64,000 nt of DNA from Actinomycetota bacterium (GCA_029978705.1 JAPOIY010000005.1:18618-82617); one strand, 5' to 3'. Numbered from the stretch's first letter, positions 1 through 9,434 are shown. The notes: a model not told the origin generated them from the sequence alone. A program made the numbers and translations.

Positions 1-169
1 GGGGGTCAAGAGCTGCCTGCCCATCCTCGAGATGGCCCGTGACGCCGGGGTGGACATGCCGATCACCGAGCAGGTCGTCAACGTGGTGCACCACGGAATG
101 GACCCCGGCGAGATGCTGGAGGCCCTGATGTCGCGGCCGGTGCGCGAGGAGCAAGGCCAGGCCGTGTGA
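1..169 (+). CDS. gpsA: NAD(P)H-dependent glycerol-3-phosphate dehydrogenase, C-terminal fragment (5' end outside window)
   Basis: Frame from nt 2 reads ...LEMARDAGVDMPITEQVVNVVHHGMDPGEMLEALMSRPVREE..., resembling the GpsA C-terminus (E. coli GVEMPITEE). TGA at 167-169. Followed by ddl as in other actinobacteria. Confidence 0.7.
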   Translation, partial: GVKSCLPILEMARDAGVDMPITEQVVNVVHHGMDPGEMLEALMSRPVREEQGQAV

Positions 170-762
170 TGCCCGGTGTCATCGTTCTGGTCCGCCATGG
201 GGAGACCGAGTGGAGCAAGAGCGGCCAACACACGGGGCGCACCGACATGCCCCTCACAGAGAAGGGCCGCTCCGACGCGGCGAAACTGTCCCCGCACCTC
301 GCGGGCCGCGATTTCGGGCTGGTCCTGATCAGCCCGCTGTCCCGGGCCCAGGAGACGGCGCGCCTCGCCGGACTGTCCGGGGAGGCTGACGCCGACCTGC
401 TCGAGTGGGACTACGGGGCCTACGAGGGGCGGCGCACCGCCGACATCCGGCAGGATCTGGGCGACCCCGACTGGACCATCTGGCGGGACCCGATCCCGCC
501 GGGCGAGACCCCCGGCGAGCAGCCGGAGCAGGTCGCGCAGCGGGCTCGGCACGTCATCGACCGCAGCCTGCCGTTGCTGCAACAGGGACAGGACGTGGCC
601 CTCGTGGCCCACGGGCACCTGCTGCGCATCCTGACAGCGACCTGGCTGGACCTGCCCGCCGTCGACGCGCGCCTCTTCGCCCTCGACGCAGGTGCGTTGA
701 GCTCCCTGGGCTTCGAACACGAGCAGCACGTCATCCGCACCTGGAATTCCGCCGTCCTCTGA
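166..762 (+). CDS. histidine phosphatase (phosphoglycerate mutase) family protein
   Basis: 198-aa ORF. RHG motif (VLVRHGETEWS) and distal His motif (LVAHGHLLR). Start overlaps the gpsA stop (GTGTGATG). Confidence 0.8.
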   Translation: MMPGVIVLVRHGETEWSKSGQHTGRTDMPLTEKGRSDAAKLSPHLAGRDFGLVLISPLSRAQETARLAGLSGEADADLLEWDYGAYEGRRTADIRQDLGDPDWTIWRDPIPPGETPGEQPEQVAQRARHVIDRSLPLLQQGQDVALVAHGHLLRILTATWLDLPAVDARLFALDAGALSSLGFEHEQHVIRTWNSAVL

Positions 763-799
763 CAGCGCGCGTCGCGGAAGGCGGGCCCGGATCGGTGGG

Positions 800-805
800 T
801 AGGGT
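800..805 (+). promoter_or_regulatory. -10 box (TAGGGT), leaderless ddl
   Basis: TANNNT hexamer 6 nt upstream of GTG 812. No SD. Confidence 0.45.
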
Positions 806-811
806 GCCTCC

Positions 812-1894
812 GTGTCCCGAACGCGTGTGCTGGTTCTCTACGGCGGCCGCAGCAGCGAGCACTCCATCTCCTGTGTGAGCGCGGGCAGCATCCTGGCCGC
901 CATCGACCGGGATCGGTTTGAGCCGGTGACGGTCGGTATCACGCGGGAGGGGGCGTGGGTCGGCCATCCGGGAGACCCGGCCGACCTGGTCATCCGCGAC
1001 GGGCGGCTGCCCGAGGTCGGGGAGGACGGCCCCGCGGCGTGGCTCAGCCTGGATCCCCGGAGCCGCGGGGTCTGGTTCACCGACGAGAACGGCGACCGCA
1101 CGTTCCAGTCCGTCGACGTGGCCTTCCCCGTGCTGCACGGCCCGTGGGGGGAGGACGGCACCATCCAGGGACTGTTCGAGCTGGGGTCGCTGCCCTACGT
1201 CGGCTCGGGTGTCCTCGCGTCCGCCGCGTGTATGGACAAGTCCGTCACGAAGGAGTTCCTCCGCGACGCCCACATCCCGGCGGGTGCCTGGTACAGCCTC
1301 CCGCACGCCGAGTGGGGCCACCCGCGGCACACCGAGGTGGTGTCCGGGCTGGGCTGGCCCCTGTTCGTCAAACCGACCCGCGCCGGGTCGAGTATGGGCG
1401 TCAGCAAGGTGCACGGCCCCGAGACCCTCGCCGCCGCCGTTGCCGAGGCGGGCCGCCATGACTCCCACCTCATCCTCGAGGCCTCGGTGGAGGGCGCCCG
1501 GGAGATCGAGTGCGGAGTCCTCATGGGTGCCGACGGCGAGGCACGTGCCAGCGTCCCCGCCGAGATCAAGGTTCGGGAGGCGCACGAGTTCTACGACTTC
1601 ACCGCCAAGTACCTCGACGACAGCGCCGACCTCATCGTCCCGGCCGACCTCCCGCCGGACGTCACGCGGGCCGTGCAGGAGATGGCCGTGGCCGCGTTCC
1701 GCGCGTTGGGCTGCGCGGGGCTGGCGCGGGTGGACTTCTTCCTCGACGCCACGGGACACCTCCTCGTCAACGAGATCAACACGATGCCGGGGTTCACGCC
1801 GATCTCGATGTATCCCCGCATGTGGCAGGCCAGCGGGGTTGCCTACCCGGACCTCATCGCCACCCTCATCACGGAGGCACTGGCCCGCGCCTGA
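812..1894 (+). CDS. ddl: D-alanine--D-alanine ligase
   Basis: 360 aa. ATP-grasp Ddl motifs VLYGGRSSEHSIS, FVKPTRAGSSMGVS and NEINTMPGFT. GTG start lies 6 nt after a TAGGGT -10 box. Confidence 0.95.
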   Translation: MSRTRVLVLYGGRSSEHSISCVSAGSILAAIDRDRFEPVTVGITREGAWVGHPGDPADLVIRDGRLPEVGEDGPAAWLSLDPRSRGVWFTDENGDRTFQSVDVAFPVLHGPWGEDGTIQGLFELGSLPYVGSGVLASAACMDKSVTKEFLRDAHIPAGAWYSLPHAEWGHPRHTEVVSGLGWPLFVKPTRAGSSMGVSKVHGPETLAAAVAEAGRHDSHLILEASVEGAREIECGVLMGADGEARASVPAEIKVREAHEFYDFTAKYLDDSADLIVPADLPPDVTRAVQEMAVAAFRALGCAGLARVDFFLDATGHLLVNEINTMPGFTPISMYPRMWQASGVAYPDLIATLITEALARA

Positions 1895-1940
1895 CACCCG
1901 TCCACTACCGTGGAGCGCGCAGTAGTGGCAAGGAGGGTCA

Positions 1941-2894
1941 GTGGCCGAAACCATCGCTGACGTCGGGGAGTTCGGGCTCATCGAGCGGATCCGCGACGGG
2001 CTGCCGCCCGCTGCGCCGGGGGTCGCCGTCGGCCTCGGTGACGACGCTGCCGTACTGGACCTGCCCGGGCCGGTGGTCGCCAGTGTCGACACGGTCGTCG
2101 CGGGTCGACACTTCAAACCCGAATGGGCCACCGCCGAGGACGTGGGGCACCGCGCCGCCGCAGCCGGCATGGCCGACATCGCAGCCATGGGGGGGCGCTG
2201 TCGGGCCCTGCTGGTGGCCCTCACCGCACCCGCGGACACCGAGGTCGCGTGGGTGACCGGTCTCCTGCAGGGCATCGCCGACGAGGCCGGCGAGGTGGCG
2301 GCGGGCGTCGCCGGAGGGGACGTCGTCCGCGGCGACACCCTCACCGTGTCCATCACGGCCCTCGGCACCGCCGAGCGTCCCGTCCTGCGCAGTGGCGCGG
2401 AACCCGGCGACATCATCGCCATCGCGGGTCGGCAGGGGTGGGCCGCTGCCGGGCTCACGGTGCTGTCGCGCGGGTTCCGGTCGCCGCGGGCCCTCGTGCA
2501 CGCCTACCAGCGCCCCGCGCCCCCCTACGACAGCGGTCCCGCGGCCGCCCGCAGCGGCGCGACGGCCATGATCGACATCAGTGACGGGCTGTTGGCCGAC
2601 GTGGGCCATCTCGCCCGGTCCTCGGGGGTCCTGGCCGACCTGGACAGTTCGTTGATCCCGGTGGCGGACCAACTGTCGGAGACATCGTCTGCCTTCAACG
2701 TCGACCCGCTCATGTGGGTACTCGCAGGCGGCGACGACCACTCGCTCGTGGCGACGTTCCCACCGGGCAGTGCCCTGCCTTCCATGTTCACCATGATCGG
2801 GCGGGTCGGCGAGTCAGTCGGGAACGGCCCGGGAGTCGCCGTGGACGGGCGGCAGTGGAGCGGTCAGGGCGGTGGCCACGACCACTTCCGCTGA
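1941..2894 (+). CDS. thiL: thiamine-monophosphate kinase
   Basis: 317 aa. N-terminal GEFGLIERI...GDDAAVL and a PurM-like fold signature. SD AAGGAGGG precedes GTG 1941. Confidence 0.9.
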   Translation: MAETIADVGEFGLIERIRDGLPPAAPGVAVGLGDDAAVLDLPGPVVASVDTVVAGRHFKPEWATAEDVGHRAAAAGMADIAAMGGRCRALLVALTAPADTEVAWVTGLLQGIADEAGEVAAGVAGGDVVRGDTLTVSITALGTAERPVLRSGAEPGDIIAIAGRQGWAAAGLTVLSRGFRSPRALVHAYQRPAPPYDSGPAAARSGATAMIDISDGLLADVGHLARSSGVLADLDSSLIPVADQLSETSSAFNVDPLMWVLAGGDDHSLVATFPPGSALPSMFTMIGRVGESVGNGPGVAVDGRQWSGQGGGHDHFR

Positions 2895-2901
2895 GGGGGG
2901 G

Positions 2902-3090
2902 TCAGGCGCGGGTGACCTTGCCGGCCTTCAGGCACGACGTGCACACGGTCAGCTTCTTGGGCGTCCCGTTCTCGACGGTGCGGACCGTCTGGACGTTCGG
3001 GTTCCACCGGCGCTTGGTCCGGCGGTGGGAGTGGGAGATGTTGTGGCCGAACCCGGGGCCCTTGCCGCACACATCGCACTTCGCTGCCAT
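2902..3090 (-). CDS. rpmB: 50S ribosomal protein L28
   Basis: [34 protein letters not shown]... (62 aa). ORF 2902..3225 trimmed to ATG at 3090 (cat at 3088-3090). Zn-ribbon (C+) form. Confidence 0.95.
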   Translation of the reverse strand: MAAKCDVCGKGPGFGHNISHSHRRTKRRWNPNVQTVRTVENGTPKKLTVCTSCLKAGKVTRA

Positions 3091-3100
3091 GACTGACCTT

Positions 3101-3147
3101 CTTCGTCGCTCTGGGGCTTCGTCGCTCTGGGGCTGCGACGCTCGGGG
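3101..3147 (-). repeat. tandem 16-nt direct repeat (2 perfect copies + 1 degenerate) in the rpmB 5' leader
   Basis: CTTCGTCGCTCTGGGG at 3101-3116 and 3117-3132, then CTGCGACGCTCGGGG at 3133-3147. Lies 11-57 nt upstream of the rpmB ATG (minus strand). Confidence 0.9.
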
Positions 3148-3235
3148 TGGTTCCTGACGCTGCAGATGCAGCGGAAAACGCCCTCCAACTATAGCCGAGG
3201 TGCCGCAGACCGGGAAATCAGCCACCTCCCCCGAC

Positions 3236-3241
3236 TACGTT
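3236..3241 (+). promoter_or_regulatory. -10 box (TACGTT), leaderless yloV-like gene
   Basis: 7 nt upstream of ATG 3249. No SD. Confidence 0.4.
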
Positions 3242-3248
3242 GGGGCGC

Positions 3249-4889
3249 ATGGCCGACGAGATCGACGAGGCGGGCCACGAGAGTGTGGACGCCGACCTCC
3301 TGCGCTCCTGGGTGCGCACCGCTGTCGCTGCCCTCGACGAGGCGCAGGACGAAATCGACGCGCTCAACGTCTTCCCCGTGCCCGACGGCGACACCGGCAC
3401 GAACATGTTCCACACTCTCGCGGCCGCCGAGCAGGCCATGCTCGAGACCGACGCGTTGCTGCCTGTCGGCGCCGACGGGGCGGTCGCGATGCAGTCGCTC
3501 GCCGAGTCCCTGATGCGCGGCGCTCTGATGGGGGCGCGTGGCAACTCCGGGGTGATCCTCAGCCAGGTCCTGCGCGGCATGGTGTCGGTGCCGCCGACCG
3601 AGCACGGGGAAGCGCGCCCCGCGGCGCAGGTGATCACCGAAGGGCTGCAGCGCGCCAGCGAGATGGCCTACGCGTCCGTCGGCTCGCCCAAGGAAGGCAC
3701 CATCCTGACGGTCGTCCGCCGCGCGGCGGAGGCGGCGGCGGCGAGCGACGCACAGACCCTGGCCGAGGTCGTCGCCGTGGCCACCGATGCCGCCGACGAG
3801 GCCCTGGCCGAGACCACCGAGCAGCTCCCCGCGCTGCGGGAGGCAGGGGTGGTGGACTCCGGCGGGCGTGGCTTCGTCGTCATCCTGTCCGCGCTGTGCG
3901 AGGTCGTGACCGGGCAGCGGAGGCCGCCTCCCCCCGTGGCCAACCTCCCGGTCACCCCCGTCGGGGAACGCGACTCCGGGTACAGCGGCCCGGCGTACGA
4001 GGTCATGTACCTCCTGGAGGCCGACGACGACCGACTCCCCGGACTGAAGGGCCGACTGCAGGCGCTCGGTGACTCCCTCGTGGTGGTCGGCGGCGACCGG
4101 CTGTGGAACGTGCACGTGCACGTCGACGATGCCGGGGCGGCGGTCGAGGCGGGGATGGAGGTGGGACGCCCCTACCGGATCCGCATCACCTACCTCGAGG
4201 CCGGTGAAGCCGAGCATGAGTTGCCCGAGGGCAGGGGCGTCGTGGCAGTGGCGCACGGACCCGGCATCGAGGCGCTCCTGCAGGAATGGGGCGTCACCCC
4301 GGTCGTCGCCCAGCCGCGCCTGGCCCCGTCGACCGGGGAGTTCCTGGACGCCATCGCCGCGACCGGGGCCGGTGAGGTCATCGTGCTGCCCAGCGACAAG
4401 GAGACCCGCGCGGCTGCCGAGGCGGCCGCGGTGACAGCCCGGGAACAGGGCCTGCGGGTGGCCGTGGTGCCGAGCCGGTCGATCTCGCAGTCGCTGGCCG
4501 CCCTCGCGGTCCATGACGCGGACCTCTCCTTCGACGATGACGTGGTGGCGATGTCCCGGGCCTCGGGCGCGACCCGGTACGGCGCCGTCACCGTGTCGTC
4601 GCGGGAGGCCATGACCACCGCCGGACGGTGCGCCCCCGGGGACATCCTGGGCATGGTGGACGGCGACATCCTGCGCATCGGGTCCGACTGGGCCACGGTC
4701 GCCTGCGAGACGCTCGACCTGATGCTCGGCGCCGGCGCGGAGCTCGCCACGATCGTGCGGGGCGCCGACGCCGACGACGCCCTCGTCGAGCACGTGACCG
4801 GGTACATCGCGGCGCAGCATCCCGGAGTCGAGGTCGAGGCCTACGAGGGCGGGCAGGTGCTGTGGCCCCTCATCTTCGGCGTCGAGTAG
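3249..4889 (+). CDS. DAK2 domain-containing protein (YloV-like DhaL/DegV fusion)
   Basis: Motifs DGDTGTNM and GARGNSGVILSQ. Conserved neighbour of recG and rpmB. Start set to ATG 3249, 7 nt after TACGTT; in-frame TTG 3240 is less likely. Confidence 0.85.
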   Translation: MADEIDEAGHESVDADLLRSWVRTAVAALDEAQDEIDALNVFPVPDGDTGTNMFHTLAAAEQAMLETDALLPVGADGAVAMQSLAESLMRGALMGARGNSGVILSQVLRGMVSVPPTEHGEARPAAQVITEGLQRASEMAYASVGSPKEGTILTVVRRAAEAAAASDAQTLAEVVAVATDAADEALAETTEQLPALREAGVVDSGGRGFVVILSALCEVVTGQRRPPPPVANLPVTPVGERDSGYSGPAYEVMYLLEADDDRLPGLKGRLQALGDSLVVVGGDRLWNVHVHVDDAGAAVEAGMEVGRPYRIRITYLEAGEAEHELPEGRGVVAVAHGPGIEALLQEWGVTPVVAQPRLAPSTGEFLDAIAATGAGEVIVLPSDKETRAAAEAAAVTAREQGLRVAVVPSRSISQSLAALAVHDADLSFDDDVVAMSRASGATRYGAVTVSSREAMTTAGRCAPGDILGMVDGDILRIGSDWATVACETLDLMLGAGAELATIVRGADADDALVEHVTGYIAAQHPGVEVEAYEGGQVLWPLIFGVE

Positions 4890-4934
4890 GAGCGCCTGCG
4901 CCGAGTCGCCGGTGCGGAATGCCACGCTGGGCAC

Positions 4935-7130
4935 ATGGCGACGGGTGAGGTGACTACGGCGGACCGGCTCAACGCCGTCGTCGGGGGCCGCACGGCCACG
5001 GCGCTGGGGAACCTCGGCCTGGAGACCGTGTCGGACCTGCTGCACCACTATCCGCGCCGGTACTTCTCCCGCGGCGAGCTCACCGACCTGAGCACCCTCG
5101 TGCCCGGCGACTACGTGACCGTGATGGCGCGGGTGGCCAGTGTGAAGTCCTCCTCGTACCGCAACAAGCGCACCGGCCGGCTCATGGACCGGACGGAGCT
5201 CGTGGTCACGGACGGCACCGGCGAGGTCCTCCTCACGTTCTTCGGCCGCAAGGGGCTGAAGCGCCAACTGCCCGTCGGACGGCTGGGCCTGTTCTCCGGC
5301 GAGGTCGGGGAGTTCCGGGGTCGCCTGCAACTGGTCCAGCCGGAGTTCCAGCTCCTGCCCGACGAGGCCGCGCAGGACTTCGACCCCGCTGACACCGACT
5401 TCCTGGGGCGGCTGATCGCCGTCTATCCCGCCGCCAAAGGCATCTCCAGCCCCGTGATCGACCGCGCCGTCGGGATGGTGCTCGCGCAGCTGACGCCCCC
5501 GGCCGATCCGCTGCCCGCCGACCTGTGCGAGGAGTTCGGCTTGGTCCCCCTCGACACGGCGCTGCGCGACATCCACCGCCCCGCCGACGAGGCGGCCGCC
5601 CGCGCCGCCCGGCGACGGCTCGCCTTCGACGAGGCCGTCGTCATCCAACTGGCCCTCGCGCAGCGGCGCTGGCGCGCCGACCACCTGTCGACGTCGGCGC
5701 GACCGCCGCACGCCGACGGCCTGCTCGTCGACTTCGACGGGCGCAGCCCGTTCACCCTGACGGCCGGGCAGCGGGAGGTCGGCACCGCCCTGTCCGAGCG
5801 GCTGTCGGAGTCCCATCCCATGCACGTGCTGCTGCAGGGTGACGTCGGCACCGGCAAGACGCTGGTGGCGCTGCGCGCCATGCTGCAGGTGGTCGACACG
5901 GGGGGGCAGGCCGTGCTGCTGGCCCCCACCGAGGTCCTCGCCCAGCAGCACTACGCGAACATCACGCGCCTGCTCGGCGATCTCGCCGAGGGCGGCATGC
6001 TGGGGGGCGCGGTGATGGGCACCCGCGTGGTGCTGGTGACGGGTTCCACCGGGAAAGCCGCCCGCAAGGCCGCCCTGATGGACATCTTCACCGGCGACGC
6101 GGGCATCATCATCGGCACCCACGCGCTCCTGCAGGACACCGTGCAGTACCACGATCTCGGCCTGATCGTCGTCGACGAACAACACCGGTTCGGGGTTGAG
6201 CAGCGTTCGGCGCTGCTGGAGCGGGTGCCCGGTCAGCGCCCCCACCTGCTGGTCATGACCGCGACGCCGATCCCGCGGTCGGTGGCCATGACGGTCTTCG
6301 GGGACCTCGACGTGCTGTCCTTGACCGAACGGCCCCACGGCGACCCGGCGATCGTCTCCCACGTCGTCAGTACGTCGGCCAGCCCGTCCCACCTGGACCG
6401 GGCGTGGGAGCGGGTCGCCGAGGAGGTGGCGGCCGGTCGGCAGGTCTTCGTCGTGTGCCCCCGCATCGGTGCGGACGATGCCGAGGACGATACGGACGCG
6501 CCCCCCACCCACGCCGTCGAGGCCCTCGCCGCCGAGCTGTCCGCGGGTCCGCTGCGTGACGTGCGGGTCGACGTCATGCACGGCCGGATGGCCCCTGAGG
6601 ACAAGGAGTCCGTGATGCGGCGGTTCGCGGCCGGACCGTCCGACGACGCCGGCGTCGACGTCCTGGTGAGCACCACCGTCATCGAGGTGGGCGTCGATGT
6701 CCCCGCCGCCGGGATGATGGTCATCATGGACGCCGAGCGGTTCGGCGTGTCCCAGCTGCATCAGCTGCGCGGCCGTGTCGGTCGCGACGGTCGCCCGGCG
6801 CTGTGTCTGCTGGTCACGGCGTCCCGCCCGGGGGAGCCGGCCTACGACCGGCTGGCGCGGGTCGCGGCCACCCTCGACGGGTTCGAGCTTTCCCGGCTGG
6901 ACCTCGAACAGCGCCGGGAGGGCGACGTGCTGGGCACCGCGCAGTCGGGCCGGCGGTCGTCGCTGCGGCTGCTGTCGGTGCTGCGCGACGAGGACCTCAT
7001 CACCCAGGCGCGTGACGCCGCCCAACAGCTGGTCCTGCCCGACCCGGAACTGTCCGGCCATCCCCTGCTGGCCGCTGCCGTCGCGGACCTGGAGGACCAG
7101 AACACTGCGGCGTACCTGGACAAGATGTGA
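4935..7130 (+). CDS. recG: ATP-dependent DNA helicase RecG
   Basis: 731 aa. Wedge/OB domain plus SF2 helicase motifs GDVGTGKT, VVDEQHRFG and QLHQLRGRVGR. Confidence 0.95.
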   Translation: MATGEVTTADRLNAVVGGRTATALGNLGLETVSDLLHHYPRRYFSRGELTDLSTLVPGDYVTVMARVASVKSSSYRNKRTGRLMDRTELVVTDGTGEVLLTFFGRKGLKRQLPVGRLGLFSGEVGEFRGRLQLVQPEFQLLPDEAAQDFDPADTDFLGRLIAVYPAAKGISSPVIDRAVGMVLAQLTPPADPLPADLCEEFGLVPLDTALRDIHRPADEAAARAARRRLAFDEAVVIQLALAQRRWRADHLSTSARPPHADGLLVDFDGRSPFTLTAGQREVGTALSERLSESHPMHVLLQGDVGTGKTLVALRAMLQVVDTGGQAVLLAPTEVLAQQHYANITRLLGDLAEGGMLGGAVMGTRVVLVTGSTGKAARKAALMDIFTGDAGIIIGTHALLQDTVQYHDLGLIVVDEQHRFGVEQRSALLERVPGQRPHLLVMTATPIPRSVAMTVFGDLDVLSLTERPHGDPAIVSHVVSTSASPSHLDRAWERVAEEVAAGRQVFVVCPRIGADDAEDDTDAPPTHAVEALAAELSAGPLRDVRVDVMHGRMAPEDKESVMRRFAAGPSDDAGVDVLVSTTVIEVGVDVPAAGMMVIMDAERFGVSQLHQLRGRVGRDGRPALCLLVTASRPGEPAYDRLARVAATLDGFELSRLDLEQRREGDVLGTAQSGRRSSLRLLSVLRDEDLITQARDAAQQLVLPDPELSGHPLLAAAVADLEDQNTAAYLDKM

Positions 7131-7705
7131 CCCGCATCGTCGCCGGCGATTGGGGCGGGCGGCGGCTGACCGTCGCGGGCGGCGACGTGCGCCCCACCTC
7201 CGAGCGGGTCCGCGAGGCCATCTTCAACTCGCTGGCCGGTCAGGTGGGGGACTGGGAGGCAGGAGACGTCCTCGACCTCTTCGCGGGCAGCGGCGCACTG
7301 GGCCTGGAGGCCCTCAGTCGCGGCGCGCGGCGCGCGGTGTTCGTCGAACGGGACCGCCGGGCCGTGGCCAACCTGCGCCGCAACGTGGCCGCGCTGGACG
7401 CCGGCGACCGCGCCCGCGTCGTCGCCCGTCCGGTACTGCCCGTGGTGCCGGGCGCCAGCCCCTGCCGCGTGGTGTTCGCCGACCCGCCCTACCGCAGCGC
7501 CGACCAGCTGCCGCGTGTGTTCGCCGACTACCTGGCTGCGGGATGGTTCGCGCCCGGATGTGTCGTCGTCGCCGAGACGGCCGCGGACGCCGACCCGCCG
7601 TGGCCGGCCGGGATCCAGGCAGTCAGTCGTCGCCGCTACGGGGACACTGCGGTTTGGTACGGTCGCTCCAGCAGCCCCAACAGTGAGGACGGACAGCGCG
7701 CATGA
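7127..7705 (+). CDS. rsmD: 16S rRNA (guanine(966)-N(2))-methyltransferase
   Basis: 192 aa. Motifs RPTSERVREAIFN, DLFAGSGALGLEALSRGA and FADPPY. GTGA overlap with the recG stop. Confidence 0.9.
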   Translation: MTRIVAGDWGGRRLTVAGGDVRPTSERVREAIFNSLAGQVGDWEAGDVLDLFAGSGALGLEALSRGARRAVFVERDRRAVANLRRNVAALDAGDRARVVARPVLPVVPGASPCRVVFADPPYRSADQLPRVFADYLAAGWFAPGCVVVAETAADADPPWPAGIQAVSRRRYGDTAVWYGRSSSPNSEDGQRA

Positions 7706-8196
7706 CCACTGCGGTCTGCCCGGGGTCATTCGACCCCGTCACCAACGGGCACCTCGACGTCTTCGAACGGGCCGCGGCCCTGTTCGACCACGTCACCGTC
7801 GCCGTACTCATCAACAAGACCAAAGCGAGCCTGTTCACCGTGGCCGAGCGCATGGACATGCTCACCCAGTGCCTGGCGCCCTTCCCCAACGTCTCGGTGG
7901 ACTCCTTCCACGGCCTGCTGGTCGACTACTGCCGCGACAACCAGATCCCCGCCATCGTGAAGGGGCTACGCGCCGTCTCCGACTTCGACTACGAACTGCA
8001 GATGGCGCAGATGAACCACCGCCTCTCCGGCGTGGAGACCTTGTTCGTGTCCACCAACCCGGTCTACGGCTATCTCTCGTCGAGCCTGGTGAAGGACGTC
8101 GCCACGTACGGCGGGAACATCGCCGGCTTGGTTCCCGACCTCGTTCGGGAGAGACTTGAGGACCGATTGCGCGCCCAACGGGCGGAAGCAGAATGA
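7702..8196 (+). CDS. coaD: pantetheine-phosphate adenylyltransferase
   Basis: 164 aa. CPGSFDPVTNGHLD nucleotidyltransferase motif. ATGA overlap with rsmD. Confidence 0.95.
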   Translation: MTTAVCPGSFDPVTNGHLDVFERAAALFDHVTVAVLINKTKASLFTVAERMDMLTQCLAPFPNVSVDSFHGLLVDYCRDNQIPAIVKGLRAVSDFDYELQMAQMNHRLSGVETLFVSTNPVYGYLSSSLVKDVATYGGNIAGLVPDLVRERLEDRLRAQRAEAE

Positions 8197-8690
8197 CCCC
8201 GGAGGATCCGTTGGACATCACGCAGACGCTGGACGCCCTGGCCGAGTTGATCGCCGCGGCGAAGCCGCGCGCCCTCGGCGGTGGCGCCATCATCGACCGC
8301 GACCAGGCCGCGCAACTCGTCGAACAGGCCCAGGCCATGCTCCCGGAGGAGATCCGGCAGGCGCACGGCATCCTGGCCGAGCGGGACGCCGTGATCTCCG
8401 AGGCGCAGGTCGACGCGGAGCAGATGCGGGTCGACGCGCGCGAATACGCCCAGCAACTCGTGACCCAGGACGAGATCACCCGGGCGGCGACGGCCGAGGG
8501 GGACCGCATCCTCATCGAGGCCCAGGCCGAGGCCGACCGCCGGCGGGCCGAGGCCGACGCCTACGTGGATGCGAAACTCGCCTCGTTCGAGGGTGTCCTC
8601 GACCGCACGGCGGAGGCCGTCCGCAACGGTCGCGCGAAACTGGCCGGCGCGGTCCCCGAGCCGGTGGACCCGGCCGCCCCCGTCGCATGA
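8193..8690 (+). CDS. hypothetical coiled-coil protein (conserved between coaD and yceD in actinobacteria)
   Basis: 165 aa, rich in A/E/Q/R with heptad-like repeats. ATGA overlaps at both ends. GC3-rich frame. Confidence 0.6.
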   Translation: MTPEDPLDITQTLDALAELIAAAKPRALGGGAIIDRDQAAQLVEQAQAMLPEEIRQAHGILAERDAVISEAQVDAEQMRVDAREYAQQLVTQDEITRAATAEGDRILIEAQAEADRRRAEADAYVDAKLASFEGVLDRTAEAVRNGRAKLAGAVPEPVDPAAPVA

Positions 8691-9256
8691 CCGAGGACCA
8701 TCCCCTCGTCGTCGACAGCCGCGACCTCCCGCGGCAGCCGGGCATGTCCCGGCACTTCACCGTATCGACCGTCCCGGACGCCGACCTCGGCAACGACGTG
8801 GTCACCGTGCCCCCGCAGCCCACCGACGTGGACCTGCTGCTGGAGTCCGTCCTCGACGGGATCCTGGTGACCGGCTCCGCGCAGGTCGACCTGTCCGGAG
8901 AGTGTGTCCGGTGCCTCGACCCGCTGCGGGAGCCGCTGCCCGTAGCCTTCCGGGTCTTCTTCACCTATCCCGGTGCGGAACCCGCGGCCGAGGGTGCCGA
9001 GACCGACGACGACATCGTCCCCATGACCGATCACACGCTGGATCTGCGGCCCGCATTTCGCGATGCGGTGGTGTTGGCCCTACCCTTGACTCCGACCTGC
9101 CGGGTCGATTGCCCCGGGCTCTGCCCGCAGTGCGGTGCCCGGTTGGCCGACGACCCGGATCACGGTCACGACCGCAGCGACCCGCGCCTGGCGGCGCTGG
9201 CGGAGTTGCGGGAACGGTTCGCGGAGACCCCCGGACCCCAGGACGAAGGAGACTGA
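8687..9256 (+). CDS. YceD family protein (DUF177)
   Basis: ORF 8156..9256 trimmed to ATG 8687, which overlaps the upstream stop. Acidic protein with C-terminal Cys pairs (CVRC..., CPGLCPQCG). Directly upstream of rpmF, the classic yceD-rpmF pairing. Confidence 0.8.
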   Translation: MTEDHPLVVDSRDLPRQPGMSRHFTVSTVPDADLGNDVVTVPPQPTDVDLLLESVLDGILVTGSAQVDLSGECVRCLDPLREPLPVAFRVFFTYPGAEPAAEGAETDDDIVPMTDHTLDLRPAFRDAVVLALPLTPTCRVDCPGLCPQCGARLADDPDHGHDRSDPRLAALAELRERFAETPGPQDEGD

Positions 9257-9257
9257 C

Positions 9258-9431
9258 ATGGCTGTCCCCAAGCGGAAGATGTCGCGCTCGAACCCCCGGT
9301 CCCGCCGCTCCCAGTGGAAGGCGAATCCGGTCGCGCTGACGAAGTGTGACCGCTGCGGATCGGCAAAGCTGCCGCATACGGCGTGCCAGACCTGCGGCAC
9401 CTACAACAAGCGCGCCGTCCTCGACGTGTGA
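9258..9431 (+). CDS. rpmF: 50S ribosomal protein L32
   Basis: MAVPKRKMSRSNPRSRRSQWKA...CDRCG...CQTCG (57 aa). Trimmed from ORF 9135..9431. Confidence 0.95.
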   Translation: MAVPKRKMSRSNPRSRRSQWKANPVALTKCDRCGSAKLPHTACQTCGTYNKRAVLDV

Positions 9432-9434
9432 TCC

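Noticed and set aside
3189-7061. 1290-aa ORF on the minus strand, antisense to the yloV-like gene and recG. Similar very long ORFs occur at 731..2458(-), 10015..11202(-), 13003..15090(-), 15542..17095(-), 28663..29643(+), 32077..34224(-), 34613..36061(-), 45238..48126(+), 46451..48004(-), 54790..56922(+), 56501..58168(+) and 61651..63384(-).
   Set aside because: They lie antisense or out of frame to genes with unmistakable family motifs. Their translations are low-complexity and rich in R/G/P/H/A/D with no recognisable domains. Stop-poor alternative frames are expected in ~70% GC DNA.
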